Shown here in pieces: positions 1 through 13,539 of a stretch of DNA of 64,000 bases. The first letter of the stretch is position 1; the number at the start of each line of letters is the position of its first letter. Source of the stretch: Octopus bimaculoides (Eukaryota); NCBI RefSeq assembly GCF_001194135.2, contig NC_068986.1:12696729-12760728 (forward strand). The letters run 5' to 3'. The notes under the pieces are model-generated. The model made no database searches, had not been told where the DNA came from, and saw only the letters and a program-made list of their open reading frames with translations. The translations under genes were made by a program, and so were the position numbers.

Positions 1-2260
1 CCCGTCGTATATATATATGAATGTAGGTGTGATAGAGTATCTGTGTGTACGTATATATATATGCACTTTAGCAAGCAAATATTTACTATGTATGTATGCA
101 TGTATGTATGTATGTATGTATGTATCACTGTCTCAGACTGCATTGGTTACAACAGCCCAGATACATTTTTATTCTGCGGTAGAATAACTATCCGGGAGGG
201 CCATGCTGAATCTTCTTGAAAAATACGTTATGGGTACGCGTGTCTCTGGAATCAATTTGTGCAACGAATCCTTTCGAGGCGGTGCTGCAGCATGGTCGCA
301 GTTCAATAACTGAAACAAATGAATGACAAAAGGTATATAATTGTGTGTATGAAACAAATATGTTATATATATTCTAGATAAACAAAATATTCGGGTTTTC
401 TCATTTTCTTTTTCCAAGAAAAATTTACAAATTATTGTTATTAGATATACGCATGTGTGTGTATATGTGCACGCGTGCACGTAAATCTGTATCTATATAT
501 ATCTGCGTCTATGTCTGTATATATTACTGTGTATATCTAAGAGAGTATATGTAAGCGTGTATGCTATATGTACGTACGTATGTATGTATGTATGTATACA
601 TACATACATACATACATACATACATACATGTATGTGTGCTTGTATGTTTAAATCTGTTTATATATGTGTATAAGTTTGTATATGTTTATATATGTGCATA
701 AGTTATATGTATATAAGTTTACATATGTATAAGTATGTGTGTATATATGTCTAAACTTCTATGCAAATATTTTTCCTTCTTGCTTTTTCATCTTTTAACA
801 TGAAATTTGATCCCCTCTTATCAAAAAATAACAAATTATATATCATTGATTCTCTATAATTTCCAATATTTTCCGGCAAAGAAATATATATATATATTTT
901 TTTTTTTTTTGTTTCCCAGACAATTGTCACATTATTATTTTAATGAATTTAAGCGATTTAACATTAAATCTGTCCGACTTAACAGTTGAATGCTCACACG
1001 AAAATTATCTCGAGAAAAACTTGTGTCCGCGTTGAAAATAAAAGTAGAAAAGGTCAACGGTAAAGTTATATAAATCGATTGAAACTTGTAAATTTAATGT
1101 GTTTTGGAAACTACATTAGAATTTAGGCAGTGAAGTGGCAGAAAATTGGAGAGTGTTTGGAATGAATGGTAAGCAATGTTTTGTTTCGTCACTCTGCGAT
1201 CTTGAATTCAAACCTCAGCGGAGTTAATTGTGATTCTATCGAAATATTTATTAGTTATATGATTCTGTGATATTTTAATGCCGTCAAGATTCATATCCCT
1301 ATCTGCCACAATGTTATGATAATTTAAACTAGCTCAGTGGTATGAGACGTTTTGGCACAGCCGTTTAGGCGCTACCTACTTGGCGTCGCTGACTCGACGC
1401 CGGCCTATTTGATATCAGACGTGTTAACGTTTCTCTCTCATTTTAATGTTTCTCTCCTTCTTTCCCTCTTCCCCTCACTCCCCTCCTTCCGCTTCTCTCT
1501 TTGATTCTATGCATACGTGTGCGTGTGTGTGTATGTGTGTGTGAATGTGTATGAGTGCGTATGTGTGCGTGTTTACGTACGTACGTATATGTCTCCCCTA
1601 GGAGAGAAAAAGTGTTTATGCCAATCGTATTCAATTAATAAATTGTAATGCTTCTATGTGTCCCTCTCACATTTTCTCTCTGCAAGTGTATATTTTTGTG
1701 CAGGTGTGAGGCGCATGCGTGTGTTTGTATGAGAGCTTGTGTGAGTGTATGTTTGTGTGTGTGTGTGCGCGCGCGCGTGTGTGTGTGAGTGTGTGTGTGT
1801 ACGTGTGCGCGCATATTTTTTTTACTCCAATTCCAAAATATATTGAATGTCCTGTCAATGACGTCAAATCATTAGCCGCCATGCAGCAGCGCCCAACTGT
1901 CTCATTGTGCGGACCAGATGCTCAGTTTCCTACATGACCCTGTTTATGTCGCGGAAATTGAACTACCTCTTGGGAAACAGCAGCTTCAATTCCACTGTTT
2001 TAGTAAGGTCTTCAAACGATAGAAGAAGTGAGGCGACAGATGGTTGTTGGAGATGTAACCTAGTTTTTCTATGAAAGTAATGAAAGGGGGAGGCATAAAC
2101 GAGATTGCAAGTGTGAATTGACAATAGCACAACCACTTCTACCCATTCTAACTTATATAACAAAAGTCGATTTAACCATATTCCACACCTACAAATGTTT
2201 GTCACTGTGTTTATCTAAGAATTTAACATTTACTTTAGAGCTATAACCATTTAAAAAAAA

Positions 2261-2301
2261 TATTTTATCTTTTCTTTTTCTTGATGTCTTTGTAGGTAAG
2301 T
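2261..2301 (+). other. Candidate recursive (zero-length exon) splice site
   Basis: Pyrimidine tract tattttatcttttctttttcttgatgtctttgtAG (AG at 2294-2295) is immediately followed by a perfect donor GTAAGT (2296-2301). Confidence 0.35.
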
Positions 2302-3368
2302 GTCCTCCGTGTTGCTATTTCTCAAGACACACAACCAGCTGAATGATGGGAAACGAATTATAAAAAATGGATGCTAAACATTGATTAAACGAAGATATCT
2401 CAGTACAGTACTTATTTTTTGTTATATGTCTGTTTTGGTAAATGAATAATGAAAATGGTAGATTGAAACTGATTAAACAAAGACCATGAAGTAAAGCAAC
2501 AACGCATGCTCAAATAAGCTAACTATCAATATCTCTTTTTATCTGTTGTTTAGCTGTAAATTATCCATTATCGAACTGTTTACAGTCGAAGATCGATGTC
2601 AAGTTTCTTGAGAGAGATTTTACCTTAATGCTCATAGTCCAAAGACATACTAACACCAAATACTTTATCTTCTTATCTTATCCGAGCATATCAGGAAGCT
2701 TACAAACTTCTTCGTTCGACCTGCCAGAAATATCAATCCTGGTCAACCGACAACATTAAAAATAACAATTCACTTAACATTAATTTCAGTTAACGTTCAA
2801 TTTCACTTAACGTTAATTCCACTCACCGTTATATTTCACCACTTTAAGAACGTAACCGTTTAATATCTAAACATCGCAAATCGTTATCAGGAAAGTCTGA
2901 GTAATTTGCATCGACCCTATTAAGTCATTAGTTTCCATTTTTTGCGGAGTGTGGCGCTTAAAAAAAACCAATGCTATTGAAGAAACGAATGTTGATATTG
3001 ATACACTGACCATTCCCAGCCAAGGTTATTCTCATGGCCCGATGGCTTGTTTCCAGTTTATGCAGGATTAATCGTCTGAGAAAACAATTCCCCGGGATAG
3101 TATGCTGGTCTATCTCAGGTAGATTTTCCCACATGCATTGAAAATTAATGTATGAACACGTTAAACTAACAGCGTTGCCATTTCTTGGAAAAGCGAGCTG
3201 TTCTTCTCTTGCAGTAGATGTTTAAATCTAGTTGGATTGAGTCGTTCGAAAAATAGGTACGGAGGTCACGAATAGAGACCGGAGCCGAAAAGAGAATACG
3301 AACCTACGATCCCGCAGTAGATTGTTCGACAGCTTATCGTTTAGTCTAAGTCTAAAACGTTATATTAT

Positions 3369-3424
<56 letters not shown>

Positions 3425-3918
3425 ACGCAAGAGGGTAAGAGAAAGAGAAAGAATGAAAGAAAAAGAGAAAGAAAGATTGAAAAAGGAAAAAAGAAAGAAC
3501 ATGAGTGGAGATCATGTTATGTAACATTCATTTCTTTATAAATCATGATTCGAACTCCAGTCTTGAGCTTTATTCTCTTCTACAGTGCTTAAGTACCACA
3601 GCAAATATTTCATGCAACAATGTGTATAACGTAAAGGAATAGTGATTTGAAATCTAGGCAGGTGCATTATTACCGCTCTGATATAATTCAGATCTGGCTA
3701 ACTGCATCGAACGATAAGGAACATACAGAATTGTTTAGGATAAACGATAACACATTATTTCACTTAAGAGGTAAATCTTGAATTCGTTTCATTAGATTTC
3801 ATACAGCAAACAATGTGAATTTAATGCGAATAATACTGCAATAAACAACTTTTGAAGCTGTATGATTCTCCATTCTTTTTTATGATGGCTTGATTATATA
3901 TATATTCTGAAAGTGGAG

Positions 3919-4297
3919 GAGCAACGGCTCTGTGGTTAGGGCAGCGGACTCGCAGTCGTAAGATCGCAGTTTCGATTCCCAGACTGGGTGTTGTGAATGC
4001 TTGTTGAGCGAAAACACGCAAGGCTCCGTGATGCTCAGGCAGGGATTGGGGGCGAATCCTGCTGTACTCTTTTACTACAACTTTCTCTCGCTCTTTCTTC
4101 CTGTTTCTGTATTTCTTCCTGTATTTCAAAGGGGCCAGCCTTGTCACACTATGTGTCACGCTGAATCTCCCCGAGAACTACGTTAAGGGTACACGTGTTT
4201 GTGGAGTGCTCAGCCATTTGCACATTAATTTCACGAGCAGGCTGTCCCGTTGATCGCATCAGCTGGAACTCTCGCCGTCGTAACCGACGGAGTACCA
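3919..4297 (+). mobile_element. tRNA-derived SINE, full-length copy (family C here)
   Basis: tRNA-like head gtggttagggcagcggactcgcagtcgtaagatcgcagtttcgattccc with A/B-box-like motifs. Related pieces lie at 12043-12120 (+) and 12765-12945 (-). Confidence 0.8.
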
Positions 4298-4358
4298 CGA
4301 TATTCTGTATGCTGTATGAAATCCAATGAAAAGATTCATGTATAAATATATATATGTA

Positions 4359-4393
<35 letters not shown>

Positions 4394-5374
4394 TGTCAGG
4401 TATCAGCTACAGCAGATATTAGTTACAAAGCAAATTTGGTGGGTTTCTATAATGTATGTCTTTCTTTGTATTTTTAACTTTCGTTTTTTGGGGGGTTTTT
4501 TTTGTTTTTAATATCTAATATCTAATATCGATAAGCTGAGCTATCTGAAATTCCAGAACCATTGCTCTTCAATATGCATACATAAACAGAACTGACATCC
4601 AAAAAGCTATGTCAAAAGTAAAAAGGGTATTTTGCGCTGAGAAGGAAGAAAATGCTGAAAGCAAAATCATGTGTCGGACGCCATTTTTTGGTAATGGGTA
4701 TTTTGCTTTGAGCACCGGAAACGCTGTCATATTACTTGAAGCGATGCGTCACAACGGTTATTGATATATACATAATTATACTTAGCTGGATATACTTATA
4801 TCAGCCACAACAATAACAATAATAACAGCAACGACGACGACAACAACAACAATAACAACAACAACAACAATAACAATGGTCTGAAAATTTGACACAAGGC
4901 CAGTAATTTCGGAGAAGCGGGTAAAATGACCGATTACATCGACCCCAATGTCCAACTGGTATATATTCTATCGATCTGAAAGTACGACAGGTAAAGTCAG
5001 CTTCAGCGGAACAACAACAGCAATAATAATCCTTTCTATTANNNNNNNNNNNNNNNNNNNNNNNNNNNNNNNNNNNNNNNNNNNNNNNNNNNNNNNNNNN
5101 NNNNNNNNNNNNNNNNNNNNNNNNNNNNNNNNNNNNNNNNNNNNNNNNNNNNNNNNNNNNNNNNNNNNNNNNNNNNNNNNNNNNNNNNNNNNNNNNNNNN
5201 NNNNNNNNNNNNNNNNNNNNNNNNNNNNNNNNNNNNNNNNNNNNNNNNCGATTAGATTAACCCCACTACGCAACGGCCGCTTAATTTATCAATTAATGAA
5301 AGGCAAAGTCGACCCTTGCGAAATTTGAACTCAGAACGTAACGGTAGATGAAATACCGCTAAGCATTTCGCCCT

Positions 5375-6012
5375 GAAGTAGTGAGCTGGATGTTGCCGCG
5401 ATATGGGTTCATCCGGAATTGCTGTAGATTTCGATTCCGAAATTTGGATCTAGATCCTCCATTATTTTCCATATATATAGCACTTTATATTTCTCACGTC
5501 TCCTCTTCAGGGAGTAGAGTCCCAGTTTCCTCAATCTCTCCCAGTAACCCAAGTATTTTACTGAGTCTATCTTCCTTGAGTAGTGACGTTGGATCGCTTC
5601 TAGTTCCGCAATTAGTTTTACATTCTGTGGGGACCACAGTTGGGAGCAGTAGTTCAGACGACTGAGGACAATGTCTCTCCAAAGCAGAAGCATTGTGTCT
5701 CTGTTCCTGATCCTGAAGGATCTAAGGATCTAACCTGCCACCCGCCTGCATAGAGTTGCCATATGAGTAAGGTGCACATGGAAATTTGCGTCGTTGCTTA
5801 TGTGGATTCCCAGGTCACGCACCGACTCTAACTCTGGGATTACATTGCCTGCAGGTCCCGTGTATCTCAGTTATAATTTGTTTGTGGGCTGATAGCTGAG
5901 TGCTTGAAATTTTACGCCATTGAACTGCATATTATTCTCATCAGCCCATTTATATATTGCGTTCAGGTCATTCTGCAGTCTTAGGATGTCAGTAGGATCC
6001 TTGGCCGCCTGA
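5375..6012 (-). mobile_element. CR1/L2-type LINE, 3' part of reverse transcriptase ORF, degenerate
   Basis: Minus-strand frames give LQNDLNAIYKWADENNMQFN, SVRDLGIHIS, SRLNYCSQLWSP...LEAIQR...YWERLRKLGLYSLKRRR, typical of the C-terminal RT region of CR1/L2-group LINEs. Interrupted by a stop and frameshift. Confidence 0.85.
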
Positions 6013-6017
6013 TACAT

Positions 6018-6057
<40 letters not shown>

Positions 6058-6358
6058 ATNNNNNNNNNNNNNNNNNNNNNNNNNNNNNNNNNNNNNNNNN
6101 NNNNNNNNNNNNNNNNNNNNNNNNNNNNNNNNNNNNNNNNNNNNNNNNNNNNNNNNNNNNNNNNNNNNNNNNNNNNNNNNNNNNNNNNNNNNNNNNNNNN
6201 NNNNNNNNNNNNNNNNNNNNNNNNNNNNNNNNNNNNNNNNNNNNNNNNNNNNNNNNNNNNNNNNNNNNNNNNNNNNNNNNNNNNNNNNNNNNNNNNNNNN
6301 NNNNNNNNNNNNNNNNNNNNNNNNNNNNNNNNNNNNNNNNNNNNNNNNNNNNNNNNNN

Positions 6359-6409
<51 letters not shown>

Positions 6410-6423
6410 ATATATATATATAT

Positions 6424-6577
6424 ACAACAGGCTTCTTTCTGTTTCCGCCTACCAAATACACTCACAAGGCCCGATGCTATAGTAGAAGACACTTGCCCAA
6501 GGTGCCACGCAGTGGGACTGAACCCTGAACCATGTGGTCAGGAAGCAAGCTTCTAACCACACAGCCACTCCTGCGCC
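6424..6577 (-). mobile_element. tRNA-derived SINE 5' half (family B here)
   Basis: Reverse complement of ggctgtgtggt..aagcttgcttcc..accacatggtt.cgggttcagtcccactgcgtggcaccttgggcaagtgtcttct, repeated many times in the window. Confidence 0.8.
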
Positions 6578-6649
6578 TATATTTAATCTTCCGTTTGTTA
6601 AGTTGTAGTTCTTTTATGAAAAGTTCCTAACACTATATACAGGTTCCAA

Positions 6650-6840
6650 ATTTTGGCACAAGGCCAGCCATTTCGAGGAGAGAGTAAGTTGATTATATCG
6701 ACTATTGACCCCAGTGTTCAACTGGTACCTATTCTATAGACCCCCGAAAGAATGAAATGCAAGGTCGGTCTCGGTGGCATTTGAACTCAGGATGTAAAGT
6801 CAAGAAATGCCGCTAAGCATTTTTAACCGACGCGGCAACG
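6650..6840 (-). mobile_element. SINE (family A here)
   Basis: Shares the gaaaggatgaaaggcaaagtcgacctcggcggaatttgaactcagaacgta core with more than 15 copies in the window. Confidence 0.75.
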
Positions 6841-8444
6841 ATACTACTACCTTTACTTGTCTTTATATTAAATTTTTTAAATATACATGTGTATGTTTGT
6901 GTTTGTTTGTATGTGTGTATCTAAATATATGTGTCTTTCTGCTTGTTTTTGGCCCCCTTTACACCTCTTATCAACTAATTTTGGTTCGTTTACGTTTCCG
7001 TAACATAGCGGTTTGGTAAGAGGAATCCGATAGAACAAATGCTAGACTTTAACAATGAATGAATAGTTGGGTTGATTTATTCGCCTAAAACCCTTCCCAG
7101 CGACACTCTAGTGCAGCCTCAGTCTATTGACTGGGACAGTTGAAATGTGGATATCACAAAACTCGGAGAAATGTTTCCGATATGGGATTCAAAGCGTTGG
7201 AGTGGAAAATAGCATGTCGCTGAATAAAGCAAAGCTGATATTGTAGGAAAATGAAGGCGCTTGGCATTGTGGATGATGTGCTGCGATCTCGATTGCAATA
7301 TCATGGTTTCCATTCTCAAGCCGGGTGGTGCATTGTGTTGTTGAGCTCCATTTTACGTTGCTTCAGTTCAACCACTCCACTTGTAAATGAGTAACTTTGC
7401 GACAAGGACTGACTTCCGTTCAAGGGAAAATGTGACCTCGCTCTATAAGTTATGGAAGCCGGATAGCCGATGTCACGAGCCCTAGGACTCGAGATAATAA
7501 TATTCAGGACTTGTTGATGATGACGAAGATAATGATACTGATGAAAATGACGACGAAGATGATAGTGTGGTTATCGATAAATAATCAAATAAGTTATTAC
7601 AATCAATAATTGTTCACTCGGAGACAGCGATATTTTCTACAGAGTATTAAAGAAAATTGATAACAGCTCGGAATTTGGAGCTAAGAATGTAGAGACATTG
7701 TATGACATCAATAATAGTCGAAGAAATCTAGCCTCGGTTCTCAAATAGATTCCATTCCACCACGCAAAAACAAATATTAAAGCCATATAAAAGTCAGCAT
7801 TTTTTAGAACTTCACATTTTTATTTGATGTTTATAGACCAGAAGAAAACAGACAATATTCTCATTTTCCAGCAGCCAATATTACATTGGCTTTCATGGAA
7901 CAACAACAGCAACAACAGTAATAATAATAATAATAAACCAGGCAGTGGTTCTCATGGCTTTTGATCTAAACTGATTGGAAGTGTTATCATTTACATTGCT
8001 TTGCCTTGGTATAAAAGATGAACTACAGCAAATATTCTGCGCAATACCACAGATTTGCTTGTCAATTGCTTCACCTTAACCGTTTGAGCATGTCTCTTGG
8101 TGGCTGGCAATATGTGCATCTCTGATCACGAGCAGAAGTAGCGGGGGAGAAGCATAGCCATGTGTTGAGAGGGGTTCTTTGAGACTTGAATAATGGCTGG
8201 AAACATGGATGTTTCAAACATCATCCTTAAATAAACTTTATTCAGGGACCTTGTGAACAGGATAGGCTACTCGACCTGAATAAAATTCTAACTGGTCCCT
8301 ATCTGCAAGGTCATGCGCTGCTTATCTTAACACAAAATCACTATGTCGTGTATATATGGTTGGAATGCGTGCGCCTGGTGTCATGATGGGTATATCGGGT
8401 TTCGTATATTTGTACACCAGCGTTACTTTGATGGTAAAAAGGCC

Positions 8445-9175
8445 TGAAATTATGAGGGTAGAGATAAGTTAATTACATCGACCTCAGTGATCAATAGTAC
8501 TTAATTTATCGACCCCGGAAGGGATGAATGGTAAAGTCGACGTCGGCAGAATTTGAACTCAGACGGACGAAATGCTGCTAACAATTTTGTTATGTTCTGA
8601 CACTTCATGTTATCGTGCCACCTTTTTATTCTGATTTTGGGAAGAAATCTATTAAATCGATATAAATCTATCCCCAGTGCTTTATTTTCTCGATTGCCAA
8701 AAGATGAAAGGGGACTGTGACATCGGTGGTATTTGAACTCAGAACAGAAAGAACCGAAACAAAAATCGAAAGTCATTTTTACCACGCTGCACATGGCCTA
8801 AAATTGCTATTAAAACACAAAGCCGGTAATTTTGAAGGATTGACACCAATGACCCCAGTATGTGACTGGTACTTTACAGACGCTGGAGTACTGCAAAGCA
8901 AAGTTGACCTCCGTATTATTTGAACTTAGAAAGTATAAGGCTGGAAGAAATATAACAAAGCATTTTGTTCGACGCACTAATGATTCTGCCAGCTTGCCGC
9001 CTTTATTCGCTTGTAATTTTAGGCACAAGGTCAGCAAATTTCAACGGTTGAAATTTGTGTATATCATCAACTTGAGTGATATTTACTTTAAAGACGTCAG
9101 AAGGATAAAATGCAAAGTTGATCCCAAGGCGATTTGAACTCAGAGAGTAAAGAGTTTGGAAAATGCGTGAAGTAC
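8445..9175 (-). mobile_element. Four head-to-tail degenerate family A SINE copies
   Basis: The atttgaact(c/t)aga core recurs at about 8550, 8750, 8920 and 9135, each with family A flanking sequence. Confidence 0.65.
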
Positions 9176-9451
9176 AAGATGTAGGCAGAAGTCGAAAATT
9201 GATTCCAATGCTTGCCTGACATTATATTTCGGGTAAAGTTTACCTCACCAAAGATTTGCCTTTCATGTCTCCGAGGTGGATTAAAAAAAGTACCAGAACC
9301 AACTATCATAGCAATTCCACCTACCAAAATGGCGATGTTTTATAAACGAATTACATCCTACACGCACACATACGCACAAAGGCATACGGACAAAAATAAA
9401 CAGATACACACACATATATTTATGTATGTATATGTATGTATGCATGTTATG

Positions 9452-9513
<62 letters not shown>

Positions 9514-9905
9514 CAGAAACGCTGCAATTGGCTGTTTTAGCACAATACTTCTTGGATGAACCACTGTGGATCAATCTGGATCAATAAATTCATGAGTAGC
9601 AGTGGTGTATGTAGCGGAACGCACAAGAAATACTATGTGTGTGTGTGTATGTGTGGATATTTCTCGTGAAGCTATAGTGACTTAAGTGCGAAGAGTTTCG
9701 TCCAGTACGATCATAATCTTGATAAGTACATTGACACGAAACTTCGAGTCCCCTGAGTCACTGTAGCTATTCTCGGTTAATGAAATTAATTTGTTCCACT
9801 TCAATTTATTGATTTCTATTTCTCATATTTCTAAGCATATGTAGCGATGTATCGTGCTAGCAGTTAATGTGCGTGTGTGCGCGCGTTTATGTGTTTGTGC
9901 GTGCG

Positions 9906-9938
<33 letters not shown>

Positions 9939-10335
9939 TGTGTGTGCTTGCATGTATTCATCTCATTTAGTGATTGGAGTGTGATGGCGAAAGAAGATTT
10001 GCCAATGAGTCGGAGGAACATGTTTTTTTATGAGTTCTCTATATGCAATCAAAACGGAAATCAACGGATAAAAATTTTATGCGGCGTTCTGGAATTTGTA
10101 TTTGTATAGCAGCTGCATAACGTTCGCTATATTAGCTGCATCCGAATGTGGGGCCTCTGCACCTCTGTTCTTCACATATATATATATAAAATACATATAC
10201 ACCAACGCAAACGCACACAGATATATATATATGTATATATCAATTTCTCTAGCTCTCGGTCTGTCTCGCTGTCTGTTTCTGTTTATCCGTCCGTCCATTT
10301 ATCTATCGTATCTATCTTTCTCTCTGTCTTCTTTG

Positions 10336-10369
10336 TATCTATCTATCTATCTATCTATCTATCGGTCTG

Positions 10370-10431
<62 letters not shown>

Positions 10432-10437
10432 GGTCTG

Positions 10438-10498
<61 letters not shown>

Positions 10499-10525
10499 AT
10501 CTATCTATCTATCTATCTATCTATC
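10336..10525. repeat. (TCTA)n microsatellite running into a gap
   Basis: Direct reading. Confidence 0.95.
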
Positions 10526-10839
10526 NNNNNNNNNNNNNNNNNNNNNNNNNNNNNNNNNNNNNNNNNNNNNNNNNNNNNNNNNNNNNNNNNNNNNNNNNNN
10601 NNNNNNNNNNNNNNNNNNNNNNNNNNNNNNNNNNNNNNNNNNNNNNNNNNNNNNNNNNNNNNNNNNNNNNNNNNNNNNNNNNNNNNNNNNNNNNNNNNNN
10701 NNNNNNNNNNNNNNNNNNNNNNNNNNNNNNNNNNNNNNNNNNNNNNNNNNNNNNNNNNNNNNNNNNNNNNNNNNNNNNNNNNNNNNNNNNATATATATAT
10801 ATATATATATAGTGACAGTCTGTTAAAGTCTGTCATACC

Positions 10840-10883
10840 GGCCATGATGAAATACCACAAGGTATAGAAAATACGTATTCGCC
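10840..10883 (+). ncRNA. Degenerate minimal type I hammerhead ribozyme motif (Penelope-type)
   Basis: GGC-C(A)TGATGA-A-ATACC acaa GGTAT-A-GAAA-ATACGTAT-TC-GCC: stems I and II pair, stem III is palindromic, UUC triplet. One extra A sits inside the core. Confidence 0.6.
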
Positions 10884-11467
10884 TTTATATATTTAATCCT
10901 TTATATTGAACACTCAATATTTCATCTATTCAATAAGACATATTCCATATATTCAATAAGACATTCAATACTTTATTTCATTGTACCATCCATTTTTATA
11001 TTATATATTGTATATTCCATATTCTATATCCCACATTAATTTTACAAGAATATAAATAAAACATAAAAAACAGACAGAGTTGGAACTCTTTTAAACAAAA
11101 TAATATATTCCTCTATACACAATCATACAAAACCACCCCTTTTTTTGTATTTATTTTTACTCACACATATATATATACATGGATGCCCTGTCCAGAATTA
11201 ACGACATTGGCGATCATGTTCTGCCCCGATTCGGTACTTCCTGATATTTAATGCTCGTTTCTTTGAACCACTTTTCATCAAACTTGACAATCCCATCATC
11301 CTTCTCCTTCCTCAGTTTTTTCATTCGCTTATTCCAGTCATCGCTACATTCACGTCACATGACTAAGAAATCTCAGAGAATGAACAAACGACAGTAACAC
11401 TCAACACACTTGGTTCCTCTTCCATGGATTTAAAAACAAATCGTCTGAGCTGCACAAGTATGCGCGC

Positions 11468-11508
<41 letters not shown>

Positions 11509-12269
11509 NNNNNNNNNNNNNNNNNNNNNNNNNNNNNNNNNNNNNNNNNNNNNNNNNNNNNNNNNNNNNNNNNNNNNNNNNNNNNNNNNNNNNNNNNNNN
11601 NNNNNNNNNNNNNNNNNNNNNNNNNNNNNNNNNNNNNNNNNNNNNNNNNNNNNNNNNNNNNNNNNATATGTGCGCGCGTATACGTGTGCGAGTGTATGTG
11701 TACGTGTTTGTGCCTGTGTGTACGTGTGTGTGGATGTCTGTGTGTGTGCGCGCATGTGTGTGTGTGTGTGTGTGTGAGTGTGTGTTGCGTGCATGTGTGT
11801 ACGTGCGTGTATGTGTGTGCGTGTGTGTGTATGAGCGCGCGTATACGTGTGTAGGTGTATATCTGCGTGTGTGTGCCTGTGTGTACATGTGTGTGTGTGT
11901 GTGCATGTTTGTGTGTGTGCGTGTGTGTGTGTGTAGACAGAGAGAAAGAAAGCAAGAAGTACTTAAAGCCTTATATTTCTTCTGACTTGGACTCGTGTTG
12001 TCTTTCTCTCTTCGCCCTCTCTATTAATACTACCTGAAGTGCAATGGCCCTGTTGTTAGGGCAGCGGACTCGCGGTCATAGGATTGTGGTTTCGATTCCC
12101 ACGTCGTCGTAACCGACGAATTGCCGTCGTAATACTACACATTCATCTTTACTTCTGTCACTCAAATTCTTTGTATCCACCAAACTATCTCTCTCTCTCT
12201 TTCGTTCTCTTTCTCTCCCCGTCGTTCTCGCTGTCTCTGCCTGTCTGTCTGTTTGTCTGTCTGTCTGTT

Positions 12270-12324
<55 letters not shown>

Positions 12325-12337
12325 ATCGATTTAGCTC

Positions 12338-12404
<67 letters not shown>

Positions 12405-12944
12405 GTCTATTTATCACTTCCTATAGCAGAATGCCAGTTTTTGTCCAATTAGAAAGCCACCCTTCATCCGATCACAACAGCTTACTCTACCCAATCAGTA
12501 AAGGCTTCGTTTAACAAGTTAATTTCCTCAACGTTATTGTTAAAAAAGCTGTTCGAGCCCTGATTGTTATTCATCTCTCTTCACTCTAATTCTATGGCTT
12601 TTCTTAGATCCTTTGTCTTCTGTCTTTCCATTCTTTATTGTCCTCTTTTCTACTTATCAAACAAGTCTAAATTAAAATGTTGGTAAACAACGATTAGGAG
12701 ACGTAATCAGTACATACATACTAAAGTAGCAGTAGGGATTAGCAAAACGACAAATACTGAAAACTGGTACTCCGTCGGTTTCGACGACGAGCGTTCCAGT
12801 TGATCCGATCAACAGGGCCGCCTGCTCGAGAAATTAACGTGCAAATTAACTGAGCACTTCACGAACGCGTACACTTAACGTAGTTCTCAGAGAGAGTCAG
12901 TGTGATACAGAATGTAATAGGGCTGGCCCCTTTCACATACAGGT

Positions 12945-13090
12945 ACTGCTCATTTTTACCAGCTGAATCGACTGGGACAATATGTAATGAAGTATCTTGC
13001 TCAAGGATACAATGCACTGCCAGGAATTGAACTCATGGCCTGACGGTCGTGAGCCGAATACCCTGACCACTGAGCTACGCACCTTCACTC
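12945..13090 (-). mobile_element. tRNA-derived SINE head (family D-like)
   Basis: Reverse complement reads gctcagtggtcagggtattcggctcacgaccgtcaggccatgagttcaattcc...ccttgagcaagatacttc. Confidence 0.7.
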
Positions 13091-13223
13091 CTGTAACATA
13101 GCGGCTTGGTAAATGAGGGACACAAACAAACGAAATTAATGGTAGCTCACAATTAAATCCTGTGTATACTAAATGATATTCATCTCTCACTTTGTTGGTC
13201 TTAGCGATAAATGAACAGTCATA

Positions 13224-13480
13224 CAGTAATCTCCCGCCATATCGCGGTTCACCGTTCGCGGTTTATTATTTAAGCTTACCTCGACTCCTCCATGGTGTTG
13301 TTTTGCATTTTGCATTTTGTTTTGAATTTTGTTTTGAATTTTGTTTTGCATTTTCCATTTATAATAAAACAAATATATACAAATTATAAAAATGATTTTT
13401 TAAAAATATAGTACAGTACTATTTCTGCTTTTCGCGCGGGGGTTTGGAACGTAACATCCACGATAGTCAAGGGATTGCTG
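13224..13480. mobile_element. pogo/Tigger-like MITE (257 bp)
   Basis: TA|cagtaatctcccgccatatcgcgg ... ccacgatagtcaagggattgctg|TA: imperfect TIRs starting CAG, with TA on both sides. Confidence 0.6.
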
Positions 13481-13539
13481 TATATATATTTTATAAGTTT
13501 AAAGCTAACCAGCGATCACAGTGTATTGACTAAAGAAAA

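Noticed and set aside
1382-1401. GC-rich hairpin GGCGTCG-ctgact-CGACGCC
   Set aside because: Only 7 bp, and not followed by the CTRR end expected of a Helitron terminus.
1859-1866. Perfect CRE palindrome TGACGTCA (another at 29347-29354)
   Set aside because: An 8-mer is expected about once by chance in 64 kb, and there is no supporting context.
3925-3990. tRNA-like sequences here and at other SINE heads
   Set aside because: A/B boxes are present but there is no complete cloverleaf, and they continue into SINE bodies, so they are not tRNA genes.
9700-9765. Possible hammerhead (TTGATAA...GAAACTTCGAGTC)
   Set aside because: The core has two substitutions and there is no stem I pairing.
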